Source: Paraspadella gotoi
Lineage: Eukaryota > Animalia > Chaetognatha
Direction of reading: 5' to 3'
Length of the DNA: 64,000 bases
Assembly (NCBI GenBank): GCA_051294375.1
Contig: CM119269.1
Span: forward strand, 5,158,773-5,222,772
Position numbers and translations under genes: made by a program. The notes under the pieces were generated by a model. That model had not been told where the DNA came from, did not search any database, and worked only from the letters and a program-made list of their open reading frames with translations. How positions within the stretch are numbered: the stretch's first letter is position 1; every line of letters begins with the position of its first letter. Positions 27,351-41,300 of this stretch are shown here, piece by piece.

Positions 27351-28700
27351 TGAGAGAGAGAGAGGAGAGAGAGAGAGAGGAGACAGAGAGGACGCTTCTC
27401 TACAAAAGGTGGCGCACTCGTAAGGTTTTTGTTTTTTTTTTTTTTTAATTTTTGAGCTGAGTTTTTTTAGGCATCGGTTGATGTGCCTCTGGCCCCTCTG
27501 GCGGTATTTTCTCTTTAAGGTAGCGAAGAGAAAAAAAAAAAAAGAAAAAAAGTCCATAAATGATTATGACATCCAAAAGTCAAACGACTGGAGAAAAGAT
27601 CGGATAAAGGAAAAACGCAGTGGGTGTTGAAAAACAAAGACAGATTAAAGGAATAAGATTTAGATGGGAATATAGAAAGGAAATGTAATGACATGTATGA
27701 AACAGCGGAAAAGGGAGGCATCATTAAAGCACAAACAAGTGTGAGAAGAAAAAAAAAGATTCAGAAAAAGAACGCATAGGATGAAAGGCAAAAAAAACAA
27801 AAAAAAAACGACGAGAAACAGCCGAAATCTAAAAGCAAAAGGAAACTTAACAAAATCAAAAAGGAGGAAAAAAAACGAAAAAGCAAAGAAAGAAATATAA
27901 AAAGAAAAGAATAAAGAAACTGAGGCGACTCCAGTGGAGAATTGAGATGGTAGCAGGAGTTTTTTAGAATTAGCGGAGTTAATGCGAAGAAAAAAACGAG
28001 CCGGAGGAAAAAAAAGAGGGGTAAAAAAAGGAGGGAAAAAAAGATAAAAAAAGGAAAGAAATGGAGAAAAAAAAGAGAAAGTGGGAGAGTTGAAAGATTA
28101 ACGAGTCCTTCGTTATAAAGAGGAAATAATTAAGCCTATGATTGTCATTTAATGAAAGTTTTTTTTTCTTAATTTTTGAAGGACGGCGAACGACTTGAGA
28201 AATTAATGGTCGTCTGAGTCATTTCTTCTTTTTATCTTTCCTCTCAAACGGACGTGATTAGAATTACGTTGAATGTTCGCTTGTAAACTGATTACGAGGG
28301 CCTTGCGTGGCTTGACGCGCGTGCCGCTTTCGCGCCAAAGATATTATAGTTCACATTGGAAATATTTGAATTAAGGTTTAATGGAATAAAGAAATTAGCT
28401 TTTAATCGATCGTCGCCAACTTTTACTCCTGTATTTCTCATGTCCGGGGTTTGTTGAATCCTTTTTTTTATATAGTAAAAAAAAAACAATATTGTTTTAT
28501 CTACAAAAAAAAAACTTCTGTTAAAGTGCTTGCATTCCTCTCTTCTTCTTCTCGTCTTCTCTCTCTCTCCTTTCTCGTCTCTCTCTGCACTCCTTCTCTC
28601 TCCCTTCAGCCAACCCCTCTTCACTTCGCCTCTTTTTCGCTGCCCTTACGCCAAAACCGATAATGAGGGAATTTTTATGAGGCCATTCTCGGCCATTCTA
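26990..28700 (-). CDS. Probable exons of a hypothetical protein (27450-28740 recurs at 40730-42150, and 27240-27520 is inverted at 40370-40725)
   Basis: Complex-sequence blocks between microsatellites with open minus frames, e.g. LKRKYRQRGQRHINRCLKKLSSK and MHLQQLKLGKLVEGRYGPRG. No domain recognised. Confidence 0.25.
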
Positions 28701-28739
28701 TTTTTTTTTATTCCCGCTTGTTTGCCCTATTCTTCATTA

Positions 28740-28796
<57 letters not shown>

Positions 28797-31001
28797 TTCG
28801 CAACTCTCTCTCTCCTCTCTCATCCTCTTTCCGTATCTGAGAGTCGGAAAATATTATGCATAATATCTGTTTGTGCTTTTGGTGTCTTGGCCTCGAAAAT
28901 ATAATCGGGGGCGGCGGGAACGGGGCGGCGGGACGGGGCAGCGGGACGGGCAGCGGAGGGGCGGGGCGGGAAGCTGGGAGGGCGCGGTATCATAGCGGGA
29001 CGGGCGGGACNNNNNNNNNNNNNNNNNNNNNNNNNAGAGAGAGAGAGAGAGAGAGAGACGAGTTTCCGTCATTCCCACATTTGCTTTTTGAGTCCATCTG
29101 GTGTCTATCGGTGTGGGAATAGAATCACGGCATCGAATCCCAGTGTCGAATCCCGTCGACCAATCCGGTGTATATTGTACATTGTAGAATTGTACATTGT
29201 ACATCTATTGTGCATCCTGTCTTTGTCTTGGTAAATTTCACAATCATTTTGATGGTTGCTTTTTCGAAAGTTAAAGGTATATAACGAAATAATTAATAAT
29301 TTTTCGAACTATTGTTTATTTATTTCAACTGTGTTGATATTTTTTGTGTCTTTTAAAGTTTTCAGCAACAGATTTGTATGTGTATTTGTATTTATATGGT
29401 AATGTGTTATATTTCAATTTTAAAAAGAGTGAGTGTTTTTTTTTCTGTACATTTAAATACAGTATTTAAATTTTAATACTGTATGTTCACTTTAAATTCC
29501 ATTCAATTTTACTCTCTATTTAGGTCTTTTAGTTAACACTGCGATTTAGTCCATGATGCTCTTTTGTTTTCCTTTTTTTACGCCTCTTTTCTTTTCTTAC
29601 ATTTTCGACCCAAGAAAGAGGGCGAAAAATCTTAAGAGGAGCCTTTTGTTTGATAAATGGTCGCCTTCTGGCCGACGCCTCATAATTCTCCCGCGCGCCG
29701 CTTAGAGTCGCTTTGGTCACTTTGTTATTTCTAGAAACAAAATGGCATGTGAGAAATAGGGCCTGAGAATGGAGGGTTAGGCTTTTCGAAGCCGGGCCAT
29801 AAGACCTTTAAAAGGGGNNNNNNNNNNNNNNNNNNNNNNNNNNNNNNNNNNNNNNNNNNNNNNNNNNNNNNNNNNNNNNNNNNNNNNNNNNNNNNNNNNN
29901 NNNNNNNNNNNNNNNNNNNNNNNNNNNNNNNNNNNNNNNNNNNNNNNNNNNNNNNNNNNNNNNNNNNNNNNNNNNNNNNNNNNNNNNNNNNNNNNNNNNN
30001 NNNNNNNNNNNNNNNNNNNNNNNNNNNNNNNNNNNNNNNNNNNNNNNNNNNNNNNNNNNNNNNNNNNNNNNNNNNNNNNNNNNNNNNNNNNNNNNNNNNN
30101 NNNNNNNNNNNNNNNNNNNNNNNNNNNNNNNNNNNNNNNNNNNNNNNNNNNNNNNNNNNNNNNNNNNNNNNNNNNNNNNNNNNNNNNNNNNNNNNNNNNN
30201 NNNNNNNNNNNNNNNNNNNNNNNNNNNNNNNNNNNNNNNNNNNNNNNNNNNNNNNNNNNNNNNNNNNNNNNNNNNNNNNNNNNNNNNNNNNNNNNNNNNN
30301 NNNNNNNNNNNNNNNNNNNNNNNNNNNNNNNNNNNNNNNNNNNNNNNNNCTTGGCGCCGCTGGGGACAGATTATGACCCGAGAATTCCAGATGCCGAGAT
30401 ATGATGAGGTTTTGAGGTTTTCGTTCGGAAGAAGAGGAGGTATGAGTTCAGTATAATTAATGCTCCCATACAGCGTCGACGATACTGTTTAAAGATAACT
30501 CATTAATACTCAATAATTTACATTAAAAAAAAAATACGCTGATCATACAATCGGGCGAATAACGACTCCGCCTGACGCCTCTAATCGTCATCTCCCGCCA
30601 AAGATCAAATCGACGCCGTTTTTCGTCCAAAGCACAAATTTCTTGGTGAAAAAAAAAAAGAATCTTGGCGTCTGCATTTTTATTACTTTTATTACGTCAT
30701 CGTTAATGTTTCAAACTCAATCTTAACTCGTCCGGTCGGCGCGTGACGTCCGCCATCTTGCTTGGTCCTCCCGTCCGCGCGGCCATAACGACCTTCTACT
30801 AACTTTCCCAGTTTCAACTGTTGCAGGTGGCATCGCGCTCATTCTCGCGCTCCTCTTTCTCCTCCGCCGCTTTTTTGTTTAATTGATGGCGTTGCCGGCT
30901 GCGGCGGCGGGAGCGGCGGCGGCTTAAAAAAAAAAAAAAAAAAAAAAAAACCCCTTACGAGTGGGCGCCACCTTTTGTAGAGAATGCGTCTCTCTGTCTC
31001 T

Positions 31002-31038
<37 letters not shown>

Positions 31039-33115
31039 CTCTCTCTCTTCTCTCTCTCTCTCTCTCTCTATCTCTTTTTTTTTTTCTCATGCGTCGTTGC
31101 CAATCAAGGGTTTTCCAACCATATTAGATTTAGTGACGGGTGATTTTTCAGTGACTGATGGGGCGCGCAATACATCACACATCAATTTAATCATGAACAA
31201 TTAAATCAGTATTCGAAATTTCTCATGCCACTTTAAATGTCAACTAAAATTTTCGATGTCTGTCTTTTTAATTTACGAAAAACTCTTTAAACTCGTTCTA
31301 CTAAATTCTCAACAAACACCGATACGAAAGTTTTGAATGTAGAATGAATTAGCAAAAGATCTAATAAACCCCCGTTAAATAATAATCTAAAAAAGAAACG
31401 TGGAATTTATATTACTTATTTACCAATGAAGGACATCCTGGAAAATTCAGAAAAAAAACTTCTGAAGATTTCGCTTTCATTCGCTTCCCTTTCATTTTTC
31501 CATCTTTTCTTTCTTTCTCTCCGCTTTTTTGCCGAAAAACAGTTTTTTTCCGCACCAAACACCTGTACCAGCCGGCCAAACTGTTTTTCTCTTTCGCGAA
31601 TATCTCCGTCAAAAACCGCGAGAGAAAACTCGTTCCCTTTTTTTTTAGCTCGATTTAAAAAAAATTTTTTTTTTCCTTCATAAACTTCAAAGCGTCTGCT
31701 TTTTTAAGGGGGGGCGTAAGGGAAAGGGGGGGGGAAGAAGTTCCGCTCGGTCGCGTATCTGTTCACGTGAGACCGTTTCAGTTTCAACGTGATCCTTTTA
31801 GTTTTTGTTTCTATCTTTTTTTATCCTTTCTTTTTTTGAAGTGGGTTGGACCTGGGAAGTCGTTGAAGGAAGGAAAGAAGAATTTACGGAAATCTCGTTT
31901 TAATTTTAATGTAAAAGAAAGTAAAGGAAGGAACGAAGGAAAGGAAGGAAGGAAGAAGGAGGAAGGAAGGAAGGAAGGAAGAGGAAGGAAGGAGGAAGGA
32001 AGGAAGGAAGGAAGGAAAGGAAGGAAGAAGGTAGGAAAGAATGAAAAAGAAGGAAGCAAGTAAGACAAAAAAAGCTTAAATATTGGGACAAAATAAGGAG
32101 AAGAAGACAAAAAATAGAAAAATTTGTTTTTAGGAAAGAAAAAAAAGAAAGTGGAAAATCGAGACAATCGAGAGTAAGAAAAAGTAAAAAGGATATGAAT
32201 CAAAAAACTGAAAAAGTAATAATACGAAGATAATCTTTTTGGATGAAGTGGATAAAAAAAAAACTTAATAACGAAGAATAATAATTTTAAAAAAATTAAA
32301 AAGGGGAAAATGGGAGAAAATTAGTGAAGATATTGTTTTTTTAAAACGAAATTTTAAAAAATTGTAAGGCGGCTTTTAAATAAAAAGGACACAAAAGCAT
32401 AAAAAAAGAATGCAAAAACATAAAAAGATGAAAACATTGAGAATTATGCGGTGAATTGAAAAAAAATTAATAAGAAAAACGAAAAGCGAAAGGGAGGAAA
32501 ACAAGGAAGTATTGGGAAATGAAAAGAGATGGTTGAAAGCGTTTGAAAAGTAAAAGTGAAAGTGAAAGTGTTAAAGGGAGAGAAAAAAGAAATAGACGAG
32601 GAAAATAGAAGAATAAAGTTTAAATATGGAAGAAAGAGAAAGGAAGAAAAGATGAAGAAAATAGAAATTAACTTAAGGAAAAAAGAGAATATATGAGAAG
32701 AAAAGGGAAAAAAGTGATGAAAACTTAGTGAAGAGAGAACCGAGGAAAGAAAAAGATGAGGGAGAGGAGAAAAAATTTAGGTGAAAGGTAAAAAGAGAAA
32801 AGTAATAAAAGAGATAAAGTTGAAGAGAATAGAAAAAAAGAAGCAAAAGGAAAAATTTAAAAAAGAGACGAATAAGAAAAGGAGGAAAAAGAAAGAAAAA
32901 AGAAAAGAAAAAAAAAGAAAAAAGAAAAGAAAGAAGCGAGCGTCGAAGCAAAAAGCTGGAGACGGCGAAGTCGAAGGGAAAAAACGCCGACGGGCGAAGA
33001 ATCGAAACGACGAAATAAAAACTGGGAAAGAAAACCTGGAAATTGCAAAACAGATGTAAGCCGAATATTAGATAAGGAAAAGAAGAAGAGAAGAAGAGAA
33101 GAGAAGAGAGAGAAG

Positions 33116-33148
<33 letters not shown>

Positions 33149-36100
33149 CGATAATAAAAAGAGGCGGACTGTCGGGTCTCGAACGCGTCGCGTTTTTCTT
33201 TTCATTCGTAGACCGTTAAAATTAAAGAATCGAAATCCAGATGCGAAACGAGGAAAAATAAGGGGGGCGGGGGGGGGGGTGGAGGGAGTGAGGGAATATG
33301 GGGTTGAGTAGAAAAGAGATGGGGAGTGTGAATAATAATACTGATGGAAAAAAAAGGAAGAAATTTAATTGATGGAAAGGAGATTGAAAAGAAAGTATGA
33401 AATCCGTACAAGCCAAATGAATAAAATATGGACAGACATACCGACCGACCGAAAAAAATCACTCATTTGAGTTTTTTGCTTCCAGGCGAGTAACTATCGG
33501 CGTAACTAATAAGCAATAAGTAATGATAAATAATAATAAATAATAATAGTAATAACTAATAAGTCAGAGGTATCGAAAAAAAGTTGAGAAGGTGGATAAT
33601 TCTAGACAATTCTACGTGGGTTGAAATCTCCAAGGGGCGGAATCCCACGTGGGCAGCAGTCCTCCGTGTGCGGATACTATGGGTGCAAATTGCAATGTGG
33701 CGCAATACGACGGTGGGCGCAATCCCTGGCGACCACCGAGAAAGGTTATATTTGGAGTTGAGGTGTGAAGGTGATAATTCCAGATGAAAAAAGCCTGGAA
33801 GAGAATAAGTGAATGGAAGGGATAGAAGAATAGATAGGATAGGATAAGGATAGGGTAGGATAGGATTAAGGGAAAAGATAGGAGAAGATATGGAGAAATA
33901 TAAAAGGGGGAAGGATGAGGAAATGAGAGAACGAATCCTCCGCCAGAATGGCGAATAACAATAAGGGGGGGGAACATCGTCGCTCCAAACTTTTTCTCAA
34001 ATATATTAAAATTAATTTTTTTCTCTTTTACATTTTAAATAGCGAAATGATAACATCGAGCGAGAATAACGAGAATCATATAGAAACAGAGTTTTGATAA
34101 GTTGGTAAAACAACAATTTATTTGCAGAATGAGAAGTACATGTTTCTTTTCTCAATGTTTTAAGGCCTTCATACAGGTTAAAAATAAATTATAATATATT
34201 AAATGTGTATTTTAAGGCGCTGATCAAATGGGCTCAGTACATAGGAGTTGATGGAAATTTCGAAATTGCGCGCTTTTTCTTTTCTTTTTCTTTCGATTTG
34301 TGATTTGAGAGATTTTTTTCTTATTTTCTTATTCTCTTATTTCTTTGTCTTTGAGAGAAAAGAAAGTTTTAAACTTTTTTGTTTTCCATCCAAGATTCAT
34401 TTACGTTTGTTTTCTTCTTTTATTTGCTCGAGTTCGGATTTTTTTGTTTTGATAATAAAACTTTTTATAATTTTTTTTTGTTTCGTAATAATATATTTTA
34501 ATAATTTTTTTTTCTGGTAGTAAAATTTATACCGATTTTTATATCTAGGGAACGGTCCCCTTTTTCCAAGTCATCGGGTATATATCATGCTTTGTTAATT
34601 TAATGAATACAAAGACCAAATCAACGAAAGGGAAAACTCGATATAAGAATTACGAATAAATATGATTAGGAATTTTAAAAGCATTCACGTACGTGCTAAG
34701 GTTGACATAAGCAAAATGAATAAACACCTAATATGAATGAAAACTATCTTTGACTCGACAGCTCTAAATTTAATGCGTCGGCATGCTTACCATTTTTGGC
34801 CTCCAATTTTCCCAGAACGGTCCCATTTCATCCTTAATTCGAAATTAAAAGTTAGTTTTTAGTTAAAAACTAATTAGGTTGGAAGGTTAGGGTTAGGGAA
34901 AAAAATTAAGGATTAAACAAATTAGGTTAGTAATTAGGATTAAGGATGGGTTTCAAGATTAGGATTAGGGGGGATTAATCTTAATACTAGGGTTAGGGAT
35001 CAGGGTTTAAAGCCGTTTAGTATAAAGATTAGTAGTCAAAATAATAGGGAGCCAGGTGCTCTGGGAGTGAATAAAACCGAGACCAATGAGAGAGTCTGAT
35101 TGAAAGGCTTGCACGGGACGCTGCTATGTCATTTAATCTTGTAAGAGTGATGGAGGCTTAAAACGCACCAAAGTCTGTCGCAGTAATCCAAAATCAGGGG
35201 CCAAGATAGCTTTATTTATTTAACTGAATGAGGATAATTTTTTATATTGTTTGTACCAATTCCATGTTTGAGGGATTGAGGGAACAGAAATCTGTCGCTT
35301 TCAGAAAAAGAGAGCCCATTTTTCCCGCTTCACCCTTTCTCACCTTATGATTATTTCGTCGCGACTTCTTGATTTACGCGAGTGGGTTTTTTTCTCTTCC
35401 TCCAAAAAAGTCCGGCCTCAAACCTCTCCTCACACCCGCGCGAGCCTCACCCTCTCTCTCTGCTCTCTCTCTCTCATCTTTTTTTCTCTCTCTCTCTCTC
35501 TCTCCATCTCTTCTCTCTCGTCTCTGCTCTCTTCTCTATTCCTCACGCCCGAAATACCTTTTTCACTTATCCGAGTTTATTTATGACTGCGAGTAAGAAT
35601 CTGGAGAGAAAGGAGGAGGAGGAAGGCGAGGAGGAGGAGGAGGAGGAGGAGGAGAGGGTTGAGTAGACGGAGGTCGAAAAGGTTCCAATGTAGGAGTAAA
35701 GGAGCCGTAAAAAGGAGCTGAATGGAAAAAACGGACGAGTGGTCTGTCGTCTCGAGCGAAAGAAGAAAGTATTAAAACTAGAAGGAAGCCCGTTCCAAGA
35801 AATTTCAGGTGGTTCCGAGGTTTCTTTCAAATGGCACGAAGATTGACAAAGATGGATTTTAACGCGGCTTTGGTTAAAATGAATGAAGCCAACAAGGCTA
35901 CTAAAGTCGTAAATCAATAAGTTTTTTATATCTCCCTAATTTGTCTCGGGCGAAGCTCTAAACAAATTTTTTTTGCGAAATATTCAAATTCGAAAAAACT
36001 GATATGGTCTTGCGGACGCCTACGTTAGAATCAGTTGTCAGGGTATATATACTTTCAGAGACACTTTAGTTTTATTAAAATAACTTTATCCAATAAAAAT

Positions 36101-36690
36101 TTATGGTTATATATATATATATGGTTAGAAAAATAAGAACGGAATTATAACGAAAGAAGCAACGCAGGCCCTTTACTGTTTGTCTCTTTCTCGCATCTTT
36201 GGAAACAAGAAAATTAGTACTTGCCCGCAATTTTTAAAAAATCTTTTGCATTTAAATTTTTGAGTCCTTTTCTTTTAATTGTATTCATGTTTTAAATTCT
36301 TTTGCTTTCTGCGCGTGAGTTTGTTCTTTATAGTAATTCAAAAAATTTAGAAGAATAACAACTCAATTAAGAAATTCGTTTTGTATAAAGAAAACGGCGT
36401 TTTCTATTATTTTTTTGCCAAGAGTTGCCCAGCGTCTTGTTTGCTACCGACGAAACAGGCTGGTAATAACTATACCTTTCTTCCTCGCAGATCCGCTGCC
36501 CGTCCGCCCGTACGCGCGCTCGTACGCGCGCCCATCCGCTTCGCGGTGCCGCCCCTCTCGCTGCCCGTCCCGCTGCCCGTCCCGCGCCGCGTGCCGCCGC
36601 CCCCGATATATTTTCGAGCGCAAGACAAAAAAACAAAAACAGATATTATGCCATTAAATTTTCCGNNNNNNNNNNNNNNNNNNNNNNNNN

Positions 36691-38300
36691 GCCACCGGGC
36701 GACCAAGCGCCGCCTTACCAGCAAAATCATTACCTGGAATAGCGAATTCCGGAAGACTCGAGCAGAGATTTTTTTTTCTTTTTCGGAGAGCGATGAAGAA
36801 AGAGGAAAGATAATGAAAGAAAGAGAAGGAAAGGAAGAAAGCGGACAAAGAGACAGACAGACAGACGGACAAACTGAAAGACAGACTGAACAAACGGACA
36901 AACAAACAGACCAGAGAAAGACATATTGACCAACTGACAGACGATGAGAGAGACGAAAGACGGGCCGACAAATAGACAGTCGCACGGACAGCAGAGGACA
37001 AACGGCAAAGAGCCATAAAAAAAAGCAAATTGCGTAAATTTTATAAACATTATACTTAGACTGAGAGCAAAAGGAGATGAAAAGCCGCGCAATAATTTTT
37101 TTTTTTTTTCCACAGTAAACAAATGTGAACAAAACTGTGAAGCTAAACAATAGTTTGTACGGTGTTTATCGATCGTCTAATTCGTTTTGTCTCCTTTCCC
37201 GCTCTTGCGTTTCCTTTGCCAAGAGAAGGAAAGGAAAGAAAGAAGAATAGAAAGAAAGAAAGAAAAAGAAAGAAAGAAAGAAAGAAAAGAAAGAAAGAAA
37301 GAAAGAAAGAACAGAAAGAAAGAAAAGACAAAAGACAAAGACGAGAACGACGAACGAACGAAGAACATACATTGGCTTTTGTCGAAAGTGGTAAATACGC
37401 GAGTGAAAGCAGATGGCTGGCGGGGCCGGTGGCAAAATTGGCAAATGGCAAAAACGGTGGCGCTCGAGTTGTGCGGAGGCGATGCGCTATTGCCCGTTAT
37501 TGAATGTCCGGGTTCGACTGAAAAGCGCGTTCTGCGCTGATTGAACTCGACGTTGCGCGTCCGTTTTATAAAGACGTGGCTTCCGTCGAGTAAAAGGTCG
37601 ACGCCCTCTGCCGGTCGCGTTGTATAAAAATGGCGCTCGCTCGTAAAACTGTCCTATTATTTACCTTTTAAAGCTGACGTCATGTTTCTCGTAAAACGGT
37701 TCTACGTTTCTTTTCTCTCTCACGTTAGTTTATATATATAACTCCTTCGTTAAGTTAATTTCTTTGATGCGCCGACCCGTCGAATCTTTTTTGTGAACAT
37801 CCGTATCAGATACCAACTGCATTGGCGAATTTCATGCCAAGAACCGCATCCCATCAAGCGGACCGCGCGAAACACAACGCGGAGGAACGAAAGAAGCAAA
37901 AACAAAGGAGCTGTCTTAATTCTTGAATGAGATAAGAACGAAGTTTGTTTTTCGCGGGAAATGAACTAAATAACAGTGAAAGAGAGAAGACAGAGACGGC
38001 CGGGATTACTCTTTTCTTCAATTTTTTCTTGGCCGGGGCGGGCGGTGGGGGAGGTTTGTCTGATTGTCGTCGTTTTTTGTTTTAACTAGGAGGGGCCGGG
38101 AGGGGGAACACAACACTCCTTGATCGCTTTTTTTCTTCTCGTTTTACGTTTTAGTTTGTTTTGTTTTCCACTTTGTCATCGACGCAATCAAAAAGGTAAA
38201 AATAACAACAACCACATTTTACATTTCGCTAAAAAAGGTCATTCTGTCTTGGAAAAAGAACGGTCATTCTTCACTGACCTCTTACGGGTCAAAAGTACAA
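36691..38300. repeat. Direct duplicate of 43672-45189. 38050-40340 is also a noisier copy of ~45230-47160.
   Basis: Shared gccac(c)gggcgaccaagcgcc start, (GAAA)n tract and downstream blocks. Confidence 0.9.
37369..37653 (-). CDS. Candidate exon of a hypothetical protein (copy ~44330-44610)
   Basis: Open frame DSFTSERHFYTTRPAEGVDLLLDGSHVFIKRTRNVEFNQRRTRFSVEPG...TFDKSQ between a TAG acceptor-like site and a GTATGT donor. Confidence 0.35.
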
Positions 38301-41300
38301 GCACTCGTCGGTCGTTTCCTTCGTTCCTGTATCACCCGTACTTTCGGCTCCGTTTCGAGACCTTTATCTCAAACTCTCTTCAGCGCAATTTCTCCTCTCT
38401 CCTCTTTTTTCTCCATCTCTCCTCTCCTTTCTCTCTAAATTCCTCCTTTCTACTCTCCCTCATCCACCCCTCCCCTCGCTCTGCTATCCTACCCTCACAC
38501 CCCTCTCACCTCCTCCACTCCCTACCATTCCATACTATCTTTCCCCTTTCCATCTTTCCCCTATCTCATCTTTCTTTCATTGCATTCCGATCCTTTCCGG
38601 TCAATCTCCCTTTTTATCACATTGCCCGCCGAACGTCAACTTTTCCTCGGGATTCCCTTTCCTTTGATTATCCTTTTTAACTTACCCTTCCTTTTTCTTC
38701 TAACTACCCCTTCTTCGAACTCCTTTTCTAGATAATACCCCTATTCTCTTTTCGGTTAACTCTCTTTTCTTCTAACACTCACCCCCTTTTCACTTACCTC
38801 GTGAGAACGATATGTACCCACTTTCTGTTCAGTTACCCTTTTCCATCTAACGCCTAATTCTAAGACAATGGGTCACTCTCCTCCATTTTCCTCCGCTTCC
38901 GTTTCCTTTCTCTCCGTTTGTAAACCTCATATTCCTTTTTCTCAATTCGCCATCTTGACATTTGTTTTTTCTTTTCGCGTTCCGATGAAATCAGCGTCTA
39001 TTTTAAACTTGATGGGGGACACGTGTCTATTTTTAAAAGAGCGTCTCATGGAGGCCACATAGAATACAATTAGATATCAACAGTCACAGCGTTATGAAAT
39101 ACGGTAAACATCCGTTATAGAAATTATCCTTCTTTTTTTTTTTCAATAAATTACAGCCCAGTTCCGCCTGCCCTCCAGACTTTCGAGCGGCCCACCGGAC
39201 TGTCGAGACCGGTAGGAGGCACGCAGTTGGACACTCGTCCACGTGGCACAGGTCCTCAATATAACGCATCTTCTCTCCCTGACGCACTTTAATCTGAAAA
39301 TACGGTCGCTGTTTCTACTATTCCCATTATCACTTGCATACATATACTTCAAATTTGCATACTTACTGATCAACCTTCATCTCCAATCTATAATCAACCA
39401 TCTAACAGTATCTCACATAATCAATCTCCAACTATTCCTACAGTCATCTCATACACTATCCTGCAGTCATGCTCAGCGTCGATCCGCTCCGCTACATACC
39501 TCCTTACTCATCTTTCCTCTCCCACCACATAGATTTCTTCCTTCCCGTCTAGCACATCGCGAGAAGAACCTACATACTCTACTAATGCCTCTTCGGCCGT
39601 TACAAAAACAACAACCGGCTCTTTAGTTCACTATAATTCATAATTGTTTACTTTACCTACAACTATTCGTTATTATCCTTCTTAATCGATCATTCCTCAT
39701 TCGTCTTCATAAATTAAAAGTTTTCTCCACAATTGGATATAACTCACCCCTCTCCAAAAACCTCCTTCACACTTCCTTTTCCCATTCGTGCAAGAAACAA
39801 CTTTCTCAAACATCGACCGTCTAACATAAACTTCCTCTCTCTTTCCTTCAACAATCACCCGTTCAGCCAGCCGTGCCACCCCCTCTATTTTGTTTGCAGT
39901 CATTCGTCATTTGCTACAATCTGCAAAATGTTATCCTTCTTCTTTCCCCCTCATAACGCCATTCTCTAAACCCCCATTCCCCCCCTCCCCTTCGCGCTCC
40001 CCCCTCTCCCCCCTGCTGCGCCTTCTTCAAAACACAACGCCTATCGTACACGTCGCGCCCTTCTCCAAGTACAATTCCCAGCGTCTCCTCTTCTACCTCA
40101 TTGTCCGACAGCCGACGTTTTGCTGAACGAAGAACACACTCGCACGCTCTTTCTGTTTGACGCACATCAAAATGTCTTACGACGCCGCACGAGCGGTCGT
40201 TCTGTAGCACTCAGTTTAGGGCACTCGTTAATAATCCTTCCCCTCGTTTCGAAAAGTCACGCAGAAAGGCGATTCCTTTATGTCCTTTTTGACATTTCTC
40301 TCACTGTTCTTTCCTTTCTCTTTTCTCCTCTGTTGTGTTTTTTTAATTGTTTTTATTCTATTCGTACCGTTAAAAGAGGAAATACCGCCACAAGAGGCCA
40401 GACGCACATCACGCGAAATGCTTGAAAAACTACAAGCTCAGAAAATTTAAAAAAGAAAAAAAAAGCCCTTTACGAGGGCGCCACCTTTTGTAGAAATTGT
40501 GCGTCTCTCTCACTCTCTCTCTCTCAATCTCGCTCTGCTCTTGCAGTCGTCTCTTCTTCTCTGCTTCGTCTCTCGTCGTCTCCTCATTCTCTCTCTCTCT
40601 CTCTCCCCTTTACGCGACGTAGCGTCGACATCGGGTAACAAAGTCGCGATTCGCTAAAACGTGTATACGCTGCTTCCAAAGCCGCCGTTATCTTCGACCG
40701 GGCCATCAAGCGTCGCAGTGCCGCCAGATTTTTGAGCGTGAGTTTTAGCATCGGTGATGTGCCTCTGGCCCTCTGGCGGTATTTCTCTTTAAGGTACGAA
40801 GAGAAAAAAAAACAAAAGAAAAAAGTCATAAATGATTAATGACATCAAAAGTCAAACGAACTGGAGAAAAGATCGGATAAAGGAAAAACGCGTGGGTGAA
40901 AAACAAAGGAAGATTAAAGGAATAAGAATTTAGATGGGAAATAGAAAAGGAAAAATGTATGACATGTATGACAGCGGAAAAGAAGGCATCATTTAAGAAC
41001 AAAACAGTGAAAGAAAAAAAAAGATCAGAAAGAACGCATAGGATGAAAGGCAAAAAAAAACCAAAAAAAAAAACGAGAAAACAAGCGAAAATCTAAAAGC
41101 AAAAGGAAACATTAACAAAATCAAAAAGGAGGAAAAAAAAACGAAAAACAAAAGAAAGAAATATAAAAAGAAAAGAAATAAAGAACTGAGGCGACTCGTG
41201 GAGAATCTGGAGATTGAGTAGCAGGAGTTTTTTAGAATTACGGAGATTAATGCGGAAGAAAAAACGAGCCGGAGGAAAAAAAAAGAGGGTAAAAAAAGGA

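Larger units (their letters stand above)
22230..36500. repeat. Direct triplication: ~18100-22195, ~22230-26510 and ~32030-36500. Also 26640-27205 recurs at 30350-30920.
   Basis: Colinear landmarks with indel noise. Only copy 1 carries the MITE. Confidence 0.9.
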